64,000 nucleotides of DNA from Calcarisporiella thermophila CBS 279.70. Lineage: Eukaryota; Fungi; Calcarisporiellomycota. The translations under genes were made by a program, and so were the position numbers. The notes below the pieces were generated by a model. The model saw only the letters and a program-made list of their open reading frames with translations, had not been told where the DNA came from and did not search any database. Every line of letters begins with the position of its first letter. The first letter of the stretch is position 1. Shown here piece by piece: positions 1 through 13,700 of this stretch. Location: contig NW_027192194.1 in assembly GCF_041956535.1 (NCBI RefSeq), positions 864,370-928,369 on the forward strand, written 5' to 3'.

Positions 1-177
1 GTTAAATTCTGATTTTGAGCAACAATGCTCCAGGATATGCCGGATTCAAATTGGAACTCTGTAGCCACTATCATTCTAGAAGCTTTGTCACAGTGGCGGG
101 ATGTGTTGTTACCACCATAACCAATATAGATAGACCGAGGGAAAGGTGGGGGAGCAAATATCCAAAATGGAAGAGCC
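1..177 (-). CDS. Possible coding exon of a minus-strand gene running off the window edge
   Basis: After ataatag (possible acceptor) the frame ALPFWIFAPPPFPRSIYIGYGG...SWSIVAQNQNL is open to the edge; family not recognised. Confidence 0.25.
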
Positions 178-299
178 TATTATGGAGTTCTATCATAAGA
201 ATCTTTTCCTTATTTATTTGAAAATTTTATTTCGTATTGAATGAAAAGCTAAACTAACTATTTTTCTCAAATGCTATCAACTAACTTGATCTTTCCTGC

Positions 300-366
300 G
301 GATATAGTGCTAGGAGTATGCATATACAAAAGCAATAAGTATATGAATACTCCTAGCACTATTTCC
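300..366. repeat. Inverted repeat/hairpin with 28-bp arms and an 11-nt loop
   Basis: ggatatagtgctaggagtatgcatatac (300-327) pairs with gtatatgaatactcctagcactatttcc (339-366), 2 mismatches. Confidence 0.85.
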
Positions 367-1667
367 GTTTTTCTTATCTAATTTATACAAATGAATTTAC
401 TATTTTTTTTCTCTAACGATGGTTCGTTATGGTTATTTTTGCAGTTCAAATACCAAACTAGTATTTTTTTTTTGTTTTCATCTATATTCTCCCAGGAGAA
501 GAGAAAAAAAAAAAGTATTTCTCTTTCTGTGAAATTATCCTGCTCTCCCCATTAGTATTTTCACTTTTCTCCACGGGATTCGATCCGGGTGTGCTTGCAA
601 TAGACTCTGTAGACCAGGTCATCAAGCCGTTCTTATGCTTAAGACTAGTTACTTATTCGTGTTACCTAGTAAGAACTCTCTCATGGTAAAGCTTATTCCT
701 TGCATATCTACATGGAAGCCAACGGAAGAGCATAGGGTGTAAATTAATGAGGCCAGAACTCTTTCCAACTTCTCAACTGATGTTTTTTTTTTTTCGAAAT
801 GAGGACACCTAGACAGCCAGATAATTCAGACAGGTAGACTTTGAATATTTGACCTTAGACTTTTGATGTTCTTCTCAGATTGAGCAAATAGAAGTCTCGC
901 TTCGTTTTCCATTTCATCCTGCTAGGAATCGAGTTGGATGAAAGTAAGTTTATTTTATTATTCTCGACCCAAAAATATTACGTTCCCTTCCCTTCAGCCT
1001 AAATAGTTGTATTTATATCAAAAGTACATGTTCTTACCAGGTCGAAACTTTTTGTATCTTGCACAATTATTGGTCATTTTTCAACAGGTTTCAATACCAC
1101 TCACTGTGCTTTGGTCTTGAAAAACTATAGTGTGAATGAGGCCAAAATATACTAAAGTATATTGTCATATCATATATCATAATTTAAATGCACTATTTAT
1201 AAGGCTTTTGTCCTGTTCAGTTTTTCTTTGTGCGTTTTTTGAAAATGACTAGTTTATTTAGGATTTTGTTGTCTTATCTGCTTCAAACCCTTAAAACTAT
1301 TTTTGAATCACTTGATTGATATCATAAAGAATAAAGTTCTATTGCTCTGCGAGAACTTACGCAATTGAAAGAAAATATACAATGGAAAATAATGGGAAAA
1401 GGGGGAGAGTGGGAGAATCCACCAGGGATAGACAAATGAAATCATATATAGAGGGTGATATGTAGAAAAGAAAAAAAGATACACCGATGTTAAAAGAGGG
1501 ATGGGTGCTAAAGCTGAATAAATAAAAGGGAGTTTTGAAGTGCCTTTGTAAATTTATACAAAAATCAAAGGATAAACTAATACAAAATTTTCAGGAATTG
1601 AAAATGGAAAGAGAAGGAAAGTTGGAGACCCTAAGGGCCTAGTTACTTTTTTTTTTGCCTTTTTACT

Positions 1668-2597
1668 TTAAATGAAATTCCAGCTGATGGGCACACGGCC
1701 ATCAATCGGGTCAGCAATAAGCTTGAAAGCAGAGGGGGAGAGGTCAAGATCTATTTAGTAAAAATGAATATTGATTAATGCAAAGACAAATTTTTTTCAG
1801 TTGTGTAGCATACCTCCAGCTTTACAAGGGGGACACTCGTCTGCGATCGTAACGGTAATTTTCCCCTTAGGCCCCTGGACTTGCACCTTTTTGCCGCAGA
1901 CCGATGCATTGTTGCCTCCTTTACCATACACATCAGAACTTACTGCCGCAATCATATCACCTTCAGTGTTGGTGTGGCCACAGGCACCCAACCCAGGGGT
2001 GAAGAATGTTCCGTCTCCTTTACGACTTAGGCTTACTGAGATATCTGGTAACAGATCCTTGATTTCTTTTGCTTTATCAGGGAGAGATTGATTAGGCTTC
2101 TCTTTTTCTACCGAGACCTCATCTGCGGGTTTTTGTTCATTTTTTGAAGAGGATTCTGTAGCGGAGGATGGCGAGGATGGAGTTTTTGGAGCAGAGGGTT
2201 TTTCTGAGTCTGTTGAAGAGTTTTGATCGTTTGTCTTCTCGGTAGGCTGCGTAACCAGGTGATCCTTCTCCTTGTTTACGGCTTGTGCTTCTAGCTGACC
2301 TGCAGAAGATGGTGCGGATGATGGGGGCGTAACGAGCGAGCCAGGACCGTTTACATTTATCGACTCGAAGCGGATGCAATTTCCATCGTATACAGCATTG
2401 CCTTTGAACGGGATGTTACTGTTTGCAGCTATAATGTTGGCGTCAATGGGTATATCTCCGCTACATAATGGGATACTGATAGCGCCGGTTGGGGTGGTGA
2501 CTGACGGGGGTTCTGTAGAAATAGAAAGAAGAACAGGTGCCGCAACAGCCGCATGAAACGTCAATAGCAGGGTGATTGAGAGTGTCGAGTATTTCAT
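1668..2597 (-). CDS. Secreted RlpA-like double-psi beta-barrel (expansin/loosenin-like) protein, 2 exons
   Basis: Signal peptide MKYSTLSITLLLTFHAAVA; S/T/P-rich linker; GDGTFFTPGLGACG...CGKKV...IADECPPC, then exon 2 DLDLSPSAFKLIADPIDGRVPISWNFI*. Confidence 0.9.
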
Positions 2598-4437
2598 GAT
2601 ATATTGCTGTAAGATAAAGAATGAAAACAATACGATATATACGATATGAAAGGATGTGAAATGAAAAGATGGCCTTTGCTTTGTGCGAAGAACTTTTTTC
2701 TGCTCAACAGAAAAAATAATAAATAAATAAAGATGGACGAGGAAGCCAGCGAGATTTTCTCGAAGTAATTTCAAAAGTTTGTTTGAGTGTGGGTTACCAC
2801 AAGTGCTTCATATTTAAGTAACTTAAGCTGAATAAGATTATTGTCCCGAACGACCAATGGATTTCGAATTTCCTCGAAATATACAGTCACAAAGGGATGG
2901 ATAAATTTTGTTGGTTCATTCAGATGCTTGACCCAAATTGGTCTCACATAGTGGGGACATTGCAACTTCAATTTAAAGCAAAATGCGGAATGAAGAGTGG
3001 GAATGAAACACGAGAAGGTAAAAAGAAAAAAAAGAAAAAAAATGTGGCAAAGAGAAAAGAATACATGATCGGAAGAGAGAAATGAGGCTAATATATATCC
3101 ATTGTTGCAAATTATTCACTCGGAGCACTGCATTCCTTAGCTGCCATGTTAAACCAATTTATATGTAAATATTTCTATCATTCAGCATCTTGCTTCTCAT
3201 AAGCAATTTTATACTCCTTAACTCTTCAAATACTTAATTCGCCAAATGGTTGTGCAGACGCGAGGGATCCTGTGTCAGACATTCCAGCGTCGGGAGACGC
3301 TGCAGAGGGACATGGTGGTTGGGAGATGGCCAACTAGAATTATCATCCTCCAATTGCCTTGGTTCTAGGATCCTTTATGTCCTCTGAAAAGAAAAACGGA
3401 TATGTACGACTGTTGCTCGATCAGATCCTCCTCGTGTAATTGAAGAATGGGTCCAAAAAGCAGTCACAATTTGAAGAAGAATACAGTAGTGAAAATGTTA
3501 GTTTTTTCTAAGAAGCTCACAAAATCCCATTAGCAATGAGCTGGTAGAAGCATACTCGGGTTTCCTTTATTCACCAAATCTCCACATCGGGATACAGAAT
3601 ATTTATTCCGACGAGATATGTTTATCTCAGGTATACACAAGGGCTTTGTTTGAATGCGCATCTTAGATAATGCGCATCGGAAAGAAACGTGCTTTTCAAT
3701 GAACATAGGGCAATTGATCATTTATATTCGAAAGTTATTGAAGCAAAGGATAAACAAATCATTTAATTGATCTACATTTATAGCTTGTACTTAAACTCAA
3801 CTCTGTACATTTTAGTTGCGAAAGGATATCGATTGAAGAGGCGACAGTTTTTCATATTATTTCGACTAAAGCATATTACTGGCTTTGAAAGGGCCCAAAA
3901 GGTCTTAGATGCATTTCAATCAGATTCTTCATGGGTTGTTCGCATCAGCTGTATGACTCATAAAGTATAAGAAACAAGTTCTCAAAAAAAAAATTTCCAG
4001 TTTGTAGTGTAAGCCACAGAGATATTCCAAATTTTCTTTGGTAGACAATTCAATTGTAAAAATTTCGATACCCTGAAAGAAATAACTTTAGAGATGAGTA
4101 CTTAAAGAACTCTCAACGGCATTTCAAGGGAATAAGCTCTTGATCTAAGGTGTACTTCATAGAAGTTGGAAGATGGGACAATTACAGCGCTAACATAGAT
4201 CTTAAACTCACTTCTTATCTTATCCAATGTGGCGGTCGCATGACTGAGTGATTTTAAACTATAATAACCTGTATTTTTCTCCCAATATTGACTAGCGCGA
4301 ACTATTTTGTATGGATTTAATTTATTCTGAACTCGATTTTTTCCACGCAATGCCTATTTCAACGAAGTAGTTTTCACATCCTCGACCTCCATTCTTCCCT
4401 CTCTCTATTTTTTTTTTCATTCCATTTTACCGCGAAA

Positions 4438-6264
4438 ATGAATTCCCTCTATGAAGATATCGCTCAAAAACACGAGAGTTTCTTTAAGAGCTGTGAAAAA
4501 AACTTTCTTAGTCTTGCAAAACTCTGCGGAGAACATGCAGAATTGTGTAAAAGGTAAGTTTTTTCCCAATCGGCACGATTACGCATTTTCGGGCATATTT
4601 TTACGTATTTGACTACATAAAACAGCCAGTTTTATCAACATACCGTCACACACCCCGACAATATTGAGTGCCCCGCACCGTTTAGGCGCTGTAAATCTCT
4701 GCCACCTCAACCTAGACAAACTACAGGGGCAGACACAAACGGAATTGCATTCCGGCGACGTGTTTACGCGACCCTTCCACTTTCTCCTAAAAAGTCAAGC
4801 CACTCCATCAATTCCTCCAGGAATACCCTGGCACTAAGACGATCCCGGGGTTGTCAGCAGGATGTACCTACGGGGAAGGCTTGCGATTTCACCGTCGCCA
4901 GGGAGAAAGGGCCGCCAAGTGTCAGCAGTGCGACGGGTGTTAATCCTGAGAATGCCTTTTCATCGATGCCTCAAGCACTTATGAGTCCCTCTTTGTCCCC
5001 TATCATGTCGCCTTCAACTGCAGATAACGCGGTTGCACAGATAGGTGTCAAGGAGGGTACTACATCAAAGCGAAATAAGGCGGAGCTCAGGGTAAAGCAT
5101 AGGAAAGACGATCGGAGCAATGCTTTTCAACCGCCTTTCACCTCCACTCCTAAAGCTGTCTCCCAACATCGCAATTTGGAAAAGCGTAAAATTATGGCAA
5201 TATCTTCAACAAACCAAGCGTCAACTCAGCAGATACAAGGCAAGAGATCCATTAAGGAAACCGAACTTGTGGAGGATATCGAGCCCTCTAGCTCCAAATC
5301 CCGTAAAGTGTCTACTGTTAACTTCAGAGTTTACACCGGGAATACTGCTGGGAATCAGTTAAAATTGATTCCACCTTCTTCAACGAGAACTCAAGAGAGG
5401 AAGCCCGTTAAAGTGGAGCGAATAATTCTTACTCCAAAAAAGCAAAATAGTGAACATGCGCAGCAAGTTTCGCGTAAAAGAATGGCGTTGGATTCTAATG
5501 TAAGTTCAGTAGTCTTCTGGGGTTAAACTATGTTATGAGTTGGGCAGGATCATTAGGTTGGATTGGGTGAATATATATTCTTGAACAACCACCGATTGGA
5601 CTTTTACGTATTTTATTTACAAATCAGGTGCTTACTCTTTTCATTTCTCTTAGACAGCTATAAAGCCAAAAGTTTTTATTAAAGCTCCAACCTCTGAAAC
5701 TATACGCTGCGGTAATTTCGACTCTAGCTCAGGAGTATCTCAAACAATTCTTGAAACTAGGCGAGATCGAGATAGCATTGATAAATTGCCTGTACTGGAC
5801 AAAGGTCTCCTACGAAGTGGTAACAGAAAATTGTCCATTACAAGCGATTTATCGAAGCTACCTCAACCTCGCCCAATCCCCAGACCAAGTTCAAGAACTG
5901 TTAGAAGGTCTTCTAAGCTAGGATCTATAATACCACAGCGTATAGATTCAGCTGTTGGCACTTTAACTCACAAAATGAAGACTCCCATTACATCGGGAGA
6001 TTCGGGACGCAGTGACTCTTGCTCGGAGATTCGCCTCATTGAATCCTCCAATTGTGGCAAATCTGCCAATTTATCGAGGCTAATATCTGAAGGCGACTCT
6101 CTCTGCTCCTTGCCCAGTGAATTTTCCAGCATGTATGTAGCCATTATTTTAAATCAAGCTCTCCGACTTATTTTTTTTTTTGGCATAATAGAAACTACGT
6201 GCCTGATCTAGATAAACTGCAAAGCTTCGCTTGTTCTTCATTAAATGACCCTACTGACTTGTAG
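4438..6264 (+). CDS. Uncharacterised basic S/P/K/R-rich, largely disordered protein, about 4 exons
   Basis: ATG 4438; GT-AG introns at about 4554-4625, 5500-5653 and 6133-6191 join ORFs 4966-5526 and 5786-6211 in frame; no recognisable domain; 3' end uncertain. Confidence 0.65.
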
Positions 6265-6325
6265 GTTATATTGTGCAAAAAGAGCTGACAGATTGACAGA
6301 GTCAGCGGAGATATTTAATTTTCAT

Positions 6326-6527
6326 GTTAAATAAGCAATACTAGTATGTACTGCTTATTTGTGTAAATACACAAAAAAGGCTCAATATTCTTTTTTTATA
6401 TTTTTTATATATTCCTCCCACTTGATATATTAGTAGATCCATTTGATTAAATTCTGTAACAAGGTTAAAATATATTTTCGCAATGGTTAAATAAGCAATA
6501 CTGTTTTATATTGCTTATTTGTGTAAA
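6326..6527. repeat. Two direct copies of a ~42-bp self-complementary element
   Basis: gttaaataagcaatac...tgcttatttgtgtaaa at 6326-6367 and 6486-6527, each an internal inverted repeat. Confidence 0.8.
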
Positions 6528-6760
6528 AATATATTTTGTAGTGTTTTGCAAGTATTATATACATTTTACTATCTCGGCTATTATACTAGCTATACCTTAT
6601 ATCAATGTAAATTTGACACTTATTTGCTTTTGTAACGAGTTCTTCGGCTGCATATCTCTATAAGTTAACGATACAAAATAAAATCATTCTCTTAAAAAAA
6701 AAATCCTTTATATAAATAGTAAATCGGGGGTATAATATATAGGAAAATTAGACAAAAAGC

Positions 6761-8061
6761 TTATCTCTTTCGTTTTACACCTTTGGAGATTGAGGACACA
6801 TCCATTGCTAATGTTTCGCTATTAATGCCAATGATTTGCATACTATCTACGATCGGTTTGGCTTCAGTCTCTACTTTTATAGCCGTTGCTTTTTTGACAT
6901 TTATTGATGTTTTTCCCTTTTTCTTCCCTTTAGCATGGAATTTTTGCGCCAGAGACTTCTCCCACTCGTCCTTATGTTTACGATAAAGCAGCATCGCGAT
7001 TCGCGCATCTTCAACAGAAGAGTGACTCCCTTGTTGAATGTTAATTCCAAGTAACTCTTTCGCAAGGCGCTTCAGCGACGGTGTCTTGCCTCGTGTAAAT
7101 CGTTTGTAAGGTTTGTAGTGGGATGTATCTCGGATAAGACGGCGCGGGTGATCGAGTAATAGGGCATCAAAATCGTTGCTAACTGCATGGCCAACCACAA
7201 TTCGATCTTTAAGGATTTCTGCCACCTCTTTTTGTACATCCTTGAAATTTTCAGCTTCATTAGAGAGAAGTCAGTCATTGGATTGTTAGAACAAATGTAG
7301 AGAGACAGACAGAGTGAGTTAGAAGGATTGTGCTTACCAGTTTTTAAATGTTTTGGAGTGATTCCACTCACTTCGGTGCGGAAATCAGTCACCCTTTCTT
7401 GTGGTTTTACATATCGATCCAGAATTGTTACGCCATAATAATTTACGATACTGACGCGAGCTAATGCCGATTCTGCTCCTTCAGGTCCAACTCCCACCAT
7501 TTCACAATCAATGGCAACAAATTTTCCTAATCTTTAATATGGGAATAGAAAAGTGGTTATAACCAAGAGAAGCAAAGCATTAAAAATTATTCAGAATTAC
7601 TTCATCCGCCTTTTCTCGTTAATGGCTCCCTCGGCTAAGTCATCCTCCACACTCGTCGGTTTACCATAAGCATTTTGCAGCTCTTTTTGATCAATATCGT
7701 CGAACCATAGGTCTGTCGCTTTCCGGAGTGGATTTTCCTCTCCATCCATTCTATTTAAAAAGAAATTTAATACATTATGAAACATTTAACGAGATTAATA
7801 AAATAAACAAACATTGCAGATTTTTTGAGTTGGAATCCTTTATTAATATCATTTTGCGTTTTGTTTCCTTTGAAAAAGGTGGCCTTCTTTGGTGTTTTCT
7901 GAGGTTTTTCCTTAGACGCCTATTGAAGTAATAGAAACATTAAAATATGTAATGGATTTAGAGCTGAGAAATTAGAAGAATCACAGTAAAGATACCTTGA
8001 GCAATGAGTTTGCTTTTGAAGCTGATTTTGTCTCTATTTTCTTGCGTTTTGCAGGAACCAT
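6761..8061 (-). CDS. REX4: RNA exonuclease 4 (DEDDh family)
   Basis: [34 protein letters not shown] and HSSVEDAR motifs; Lys-rich ends; multi-exon. Confidence 0.92.
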
Positions 8062-8437
8062 ATTTACCAGTGTCCTATAGAGAATTGCAGTGAGCGGCAA
8101 AGAATAAAGAGGAATTAAACTCAGTTGTTTATGCTGGGTAGCGGAGCCGTCACAATTTCATGTATTCATCATTATATTTCAAGATAATTTTAGAGTGATT
8201 TAAATTTATATCTTTAATAGTTACTTTCACTTTTTGTATTTATTTTAAAAAGACAACTGGGGGATATAAGTAAGAAAAGATGTGCAGTCGATGAGGCATA
8301 TTTCTCTCAGAATACTTGGAAAGCAATAAGAAATACTAAAATTTAATAGCCCAGGAACAAATACTACGAACAAAGAACTGCAAACATCCATTCAAATTTG
8401 TTCTCCCCCTTAAATGCAAAATGACAATTAAAAGCAT

Positions 8438-9007
<570 letters not shown>

Positions 9008-9363
9008 TCAATAGAAAGTTCAGATAAGATACTCGATATTTAATGTAGTGAATGTCAATCCAGTATAATGGAGACAGGATGGATGGATGTGTAAGATGGA
9101 TGCGATAGCTCACCTTCTCTTTGATAAATTAACAAGAGAGATGTAGAAGGAAAGAGATACGACTCGCGTCGAAACTCTCCTTTGCACTATCTTTCGGAGT
9201 TCAAATAAACATCGAAATAAGTCCGCCTACAGAGTTCTGAATACATATGTCAATTGTTATCCATGGTCCGATTAAGATGCCATGGCTGGCGTTCTACTCT
9301 ATTGTCCTATTGCCCATTAAGAAAGCATTTTACAAACTTCAGAATGTTTTCTGTAGAGAATAA

Positions 9364-10679
9364 ATGTCGGTTTGGCATTCCCAGATGAATTTTCCATGTC
9401 CAGTAGTAGCTAATAAACTTTGCGTAGTATCGGACAGGATCCCTCCTCCTACCACAACCACTGATAATTCTCTTGCCACTAGTAGTATCCAATCCGATGC
9501 TACTGAGGTTATCGATGTAGAAAATGAGAATGGGCTTCTCCGAGAAATTCTTGGTTTTGAAGCTTTTTCAAGCACATCACAAGATTTTATCTCAGATTCT
9601 AACAGAGAAGAGCACAAGAAAAAGCGAAGCAGGATCAGAGCCAAAGTGCAGCGGCACAATAGTGGTGAGAGAGAAATAATTAGTGAAGCCGTTCCTGAAT
9701 GTATTGTGCCGGTCAAAATCAAGGTTTTCTATTTTCATGCAAAAGCGAGGAATCATATCTAAATACATTCTTCGAGGTTAGAAGTCAGTTCCCAATTACT
9801 TCTTGTCAGTCAGGCTTGACTCACCCAGAATACAAGAAAATTTATCTAAATTTTATAACCGCGTAAACGAGAGCCGTCCTGAGCTCTCAAAATTGCTTAT
9901 AAAGCCCAAGCAGGTAGCTATATATTTTATTTTATTCTTTTTGAAATAATAGTTTCCAATTTTTTTCAATTATAGGTCCATGTTACACTTTTTGTAATGC
10001 ATCTAAAGGGTGAAGAGGAGATCCAGCGAGCAAGAGAATGTTTATTTAATAGCAAAGATGTCTGGCATTTATTCTGATGCTCTCGCAAAATATTAGTAAT
10101 CCTCATAAATGCTATTTAAAATAGATCATCCAAGAGTACTATCCGTCTATTCGGCCGTCTCTATATTTCTATGGGATTGGTAGGCTTTATGAATTTCCTT
10201 TCTTATATATAGTAACAATTCTTTTTGATATTGTTTTGTATTTTTTATAGGCACATTTGGTAATGGGAGAGTAGTGTATTGTTCGCCCCGTCACGATGAA
10301 TCCCTTGTACAATTCACAGCTCTTTCGCGTTCTCTTTATGAGCGTTTTCAACGAGATGGAATCATATCACTTGATTGCCGAATCGCTCAAAAATTTACTC
10401 CGCATGCCACGCTAATGAAAGTACGGGGCAATTTTTCTCTTAGTCTGAAGGATGGTAGTGTACTCAAAACGAAAAGGGTGCCTGAGGATGTGTATGACGA
10501 ATTTAAAGGTCCATAACATATTTATTCTACCGCAGTGTATCGATCATTTTTTTAACAGATATTTATTCTTTTTAGAATATGAATTTGGTACGCAAACATT
10601 TGCAGCAATAGAACTTTCAAGCATGCTTCTTCCAAAAGAGGACGACTATTACAAGTGCATGGCTAGAATGGAATTCTAA
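9364..10679 (+). CDS. AKAP7-like 2H phosphoesterase (2',5'-RNA ligase-like)
   Basis: Spliced product contains PNYFLSV, the two HxT motifs HVTLFVMHL and FTPHATLMK, and C-terminal FGTQ..IELSSM..YY; start codon uncertain. Confidence 0.82.
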
Positions 10680-10765
10680 GCTAAAATAAAATGCAGATAT
10701 CCTGAAACTCAAGCACTATTGTAAATAATTATATATTTATTCTAATAACAATAGGAAATAAACGG

Positions 10766-13700
10766 TTACATCAAAGGAGTAGCTGCAGCGTCGTCCTTCG
10801 GTTTCTAAAAATAATTCAGGAGAATTCAATTACAAAATAAAGATACTCAAAGAAAACAATAGTATTACCTCACGATAATCTTCCAGAATGCGCGCCTTCT
10901 TTTCATCCCACCAGATAAATGTTGCTCGGTAAATCAAGGACCATACATAAGGGCAGAAAAATTCATGAGCTTCAGTCTTTTCTTCGTATTGAAACTTAAG
11001 CTCTGCAAAGGCCTGTAGTCTGTTGGGTGGCCATGTGCGCGCAGCTTGTTCCATTAGATCAACAACCTCTTCTGTTGAGGGAGCACGGAGATTGGCCTCA
11101 GAGACACGAGCATGAAAATAGTTGATAACCTGAGAATTATTAGAATGGAGTATAAGAAAATCCAGCATTAAAGCCTTAAAATCTGTGACAAAATATAACT
11201 ACATTTTCAATGTTGGCTATTAATTCGGCAAAGCGAGGGTGCAATTGAAAAGGATGGAAGAGATCTTTACGGTGTACTAGCGCGTATACAAACTGTATAT
11301 TCCGCTTGAGTTGTCGTGTCAATATCGAGTTAATAATCTCTAGAACTAAACACACTATATCGGCATATACAGACACCACCGGGTCCTGAGTTAAATACGT
11401 GTGTTAAAGTTAACAAATATATTGGCAGGTCAACTAAAAATCGAAGTCTAACCTCTTCACTTGTACCATCAAGTTGCGCTCTGTGCAAAAGTTTGTGATA
11501 CCTCTTTGCAACCATGTCAAATAAACTATAAAAAATAGAGAAATTAATATTTTTCAACTCTATAATATCATTGTTGAAAAGCTAACCTAATCATTCTCTG
11601 CGCTACATATGGGTGCATGTCCTGTATGCTACTTGAAAGGTTGGCAAGGGTAGCAAGGCAATTAGTGTGGTAGTATACATCCTGAAAGGAGAAAAGAGAA
11701 ATGGATGAATAAGAGCAAGTTTTGTCTTAACATAATTAGATATGTTTAATATTTTACTCGATGTGATGCCAAGTTGAATTGTATAGTTCGTATAAGAACA
11801 AGTACAACCAAGCCACCTAGAGATATTGTCTTTAGAGCACGTTCTGTGAACCACGTTTGGTAGGGAATAACCTGCGAACAAATTTACTAGTTAAGGATAT
11901 GCTCAGAAAAAAACTAAGAGTATCTCTTGTAATAAAATGATCAAAAGGATACAACTCGCTGAATACTCTCATTAAATACTTCGTCTTGACTGAAAACGAG
12001 TAGAATTGTAAGAAGAATATAGGTATGCGAGTAGTGGGCTTTGTTTTCCATAGCCTCGTATAGTAGTTTTAGTATAGGTAACATCTGGTATAAATAATAA
12101 CATTAATAACAAATCATCAATATTCATTTAAAAGTCAATACCAGTGTTTCCGGGTCAGTCCTTGAGAGCACATAAACGCGAAAGGTACTGTTTTCTGCAA
12201 TCATTAAGTAGAGTATCAAAGTGTTTTCTTCCGAGTGTAAACGACTGTTATTAAGAATGAAAATCAGCATAGCCTTAGTGGTGGAATTATTTTGTAATAT
12301 AACATACTGGCATAATACATGGTATAGATCCCGAAAAGATATTGTAAAATTCTTCCCATACTCATTGCCACTTACAGCTAAATAGCATGAAAATAGCACT
12401 TTTATGTAAATATTAGCTGGGAAAATCCTAATAAAGAAAGATACACACCGTGTGCATCCTGAAGCCTCGAAATTCCAGCGCGATAGGCGCTAGTACCGTC
12501 AGGTTGTATTCTACTCTGGGCTGCTAATAATAGAAGCAATAATGCACTTCGGTCGGCTACTGGGTGGAGATCTGAGGCTGAAGGTGACGAGGACTTTGCA
12601 GAGAATAGATAAGATACTGCTGAGTACACCATACCTATGTATAAAAAAGATATATAAAAATCTAGTTTTTCAACTATAAAAAAAATATCAAACAATACCA
12701 GATGACGCAGATGGTGGAGGTTTTTGCTCAATGAAATTAACAAGTAAACGATGGACTACTTCATCCGCAATATCACTGATACACAAATAAATAGCTCTTT
12801 TAATAAAAATTGTTATAGGGGTTAGTAGCAACGTTTACCTAAATTGAGCGAGGAGAACATTTAAAAAGTAGTTTTTATTTGTGGTGGCAGCCGAAGGTTG
12901 ATGTATTTGAGTTGATAGCAATACTAAAAGCGTGTTAAGACATTCAAGATACAACTCGTAGGTCGAATAGTTTGCGCTACAAGGAGAAAAGTGAGATATG
13001 ATCAATAAAACACATTAAAATGATAGAATTTATAATACAAACTTTGGTTGTATCTTTCGCACGACTTGTAGCAGATAATCTATTAGTAATTCCGCCCTCG
13101 GTTGTGAACTTCGCTCTATTTCAGGGTCAATACGCAACTTTTGCTGATCCAGTTCTATGGTAATCTGCTCTCGCTCGATTTCAATTGTTTCCTTATTAAT
13201 AGATTCGGGAATCCCTATATAAAAGGTGAAAAGACAGCCATATATAGATCACTAGAAGTAGCGGAAATAAAAGAATATAAAACTTGCCTTCGAATTGTCG
13301 ATGTATCTCTTCAACATTCAAATTTCCGACAAAATGCTTAGTGAATACTCTCACCAAGAATAAACTATTGTAAGCTTCAATCGGTACAATTCTGGATTAT
13401 CAAGAAATAATCGTTTAGTAACTATGATGTCCCCTTCTACCCGCTAAAAATAACAAGCACTTACTGGTTTGCATCTGCACTAAGGAACCGACGAAGCTGA
13501 CTCAAACAATGAAGTAGCAAAGAATTGAAGTTTTTTGTTTGGATATTGTTGGCAGCTAGAGCGCAGGAAATAGTATAGTAAATGTTTATCTAACAATGAA
13601 AAGTGTTAACTCTACCTAATTCAATTGACAAACTGAAAGTTGCCATTTCTAAATCGTATGCGTCTTGCCTAAAGTCATCAAGTATATATAATGTCCAATA

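Noticed and set aside
3240-3490. GC-richer patch that may be a decayed transposon
   Set aside because: No sustained ORF or recognisable domain.
7921-7995. REX4 intron donor GTATCTTT as a second U12 intron
   Set aside because: No TCCTTAAC-like branch site; it has a U2-type CTAAT instead.
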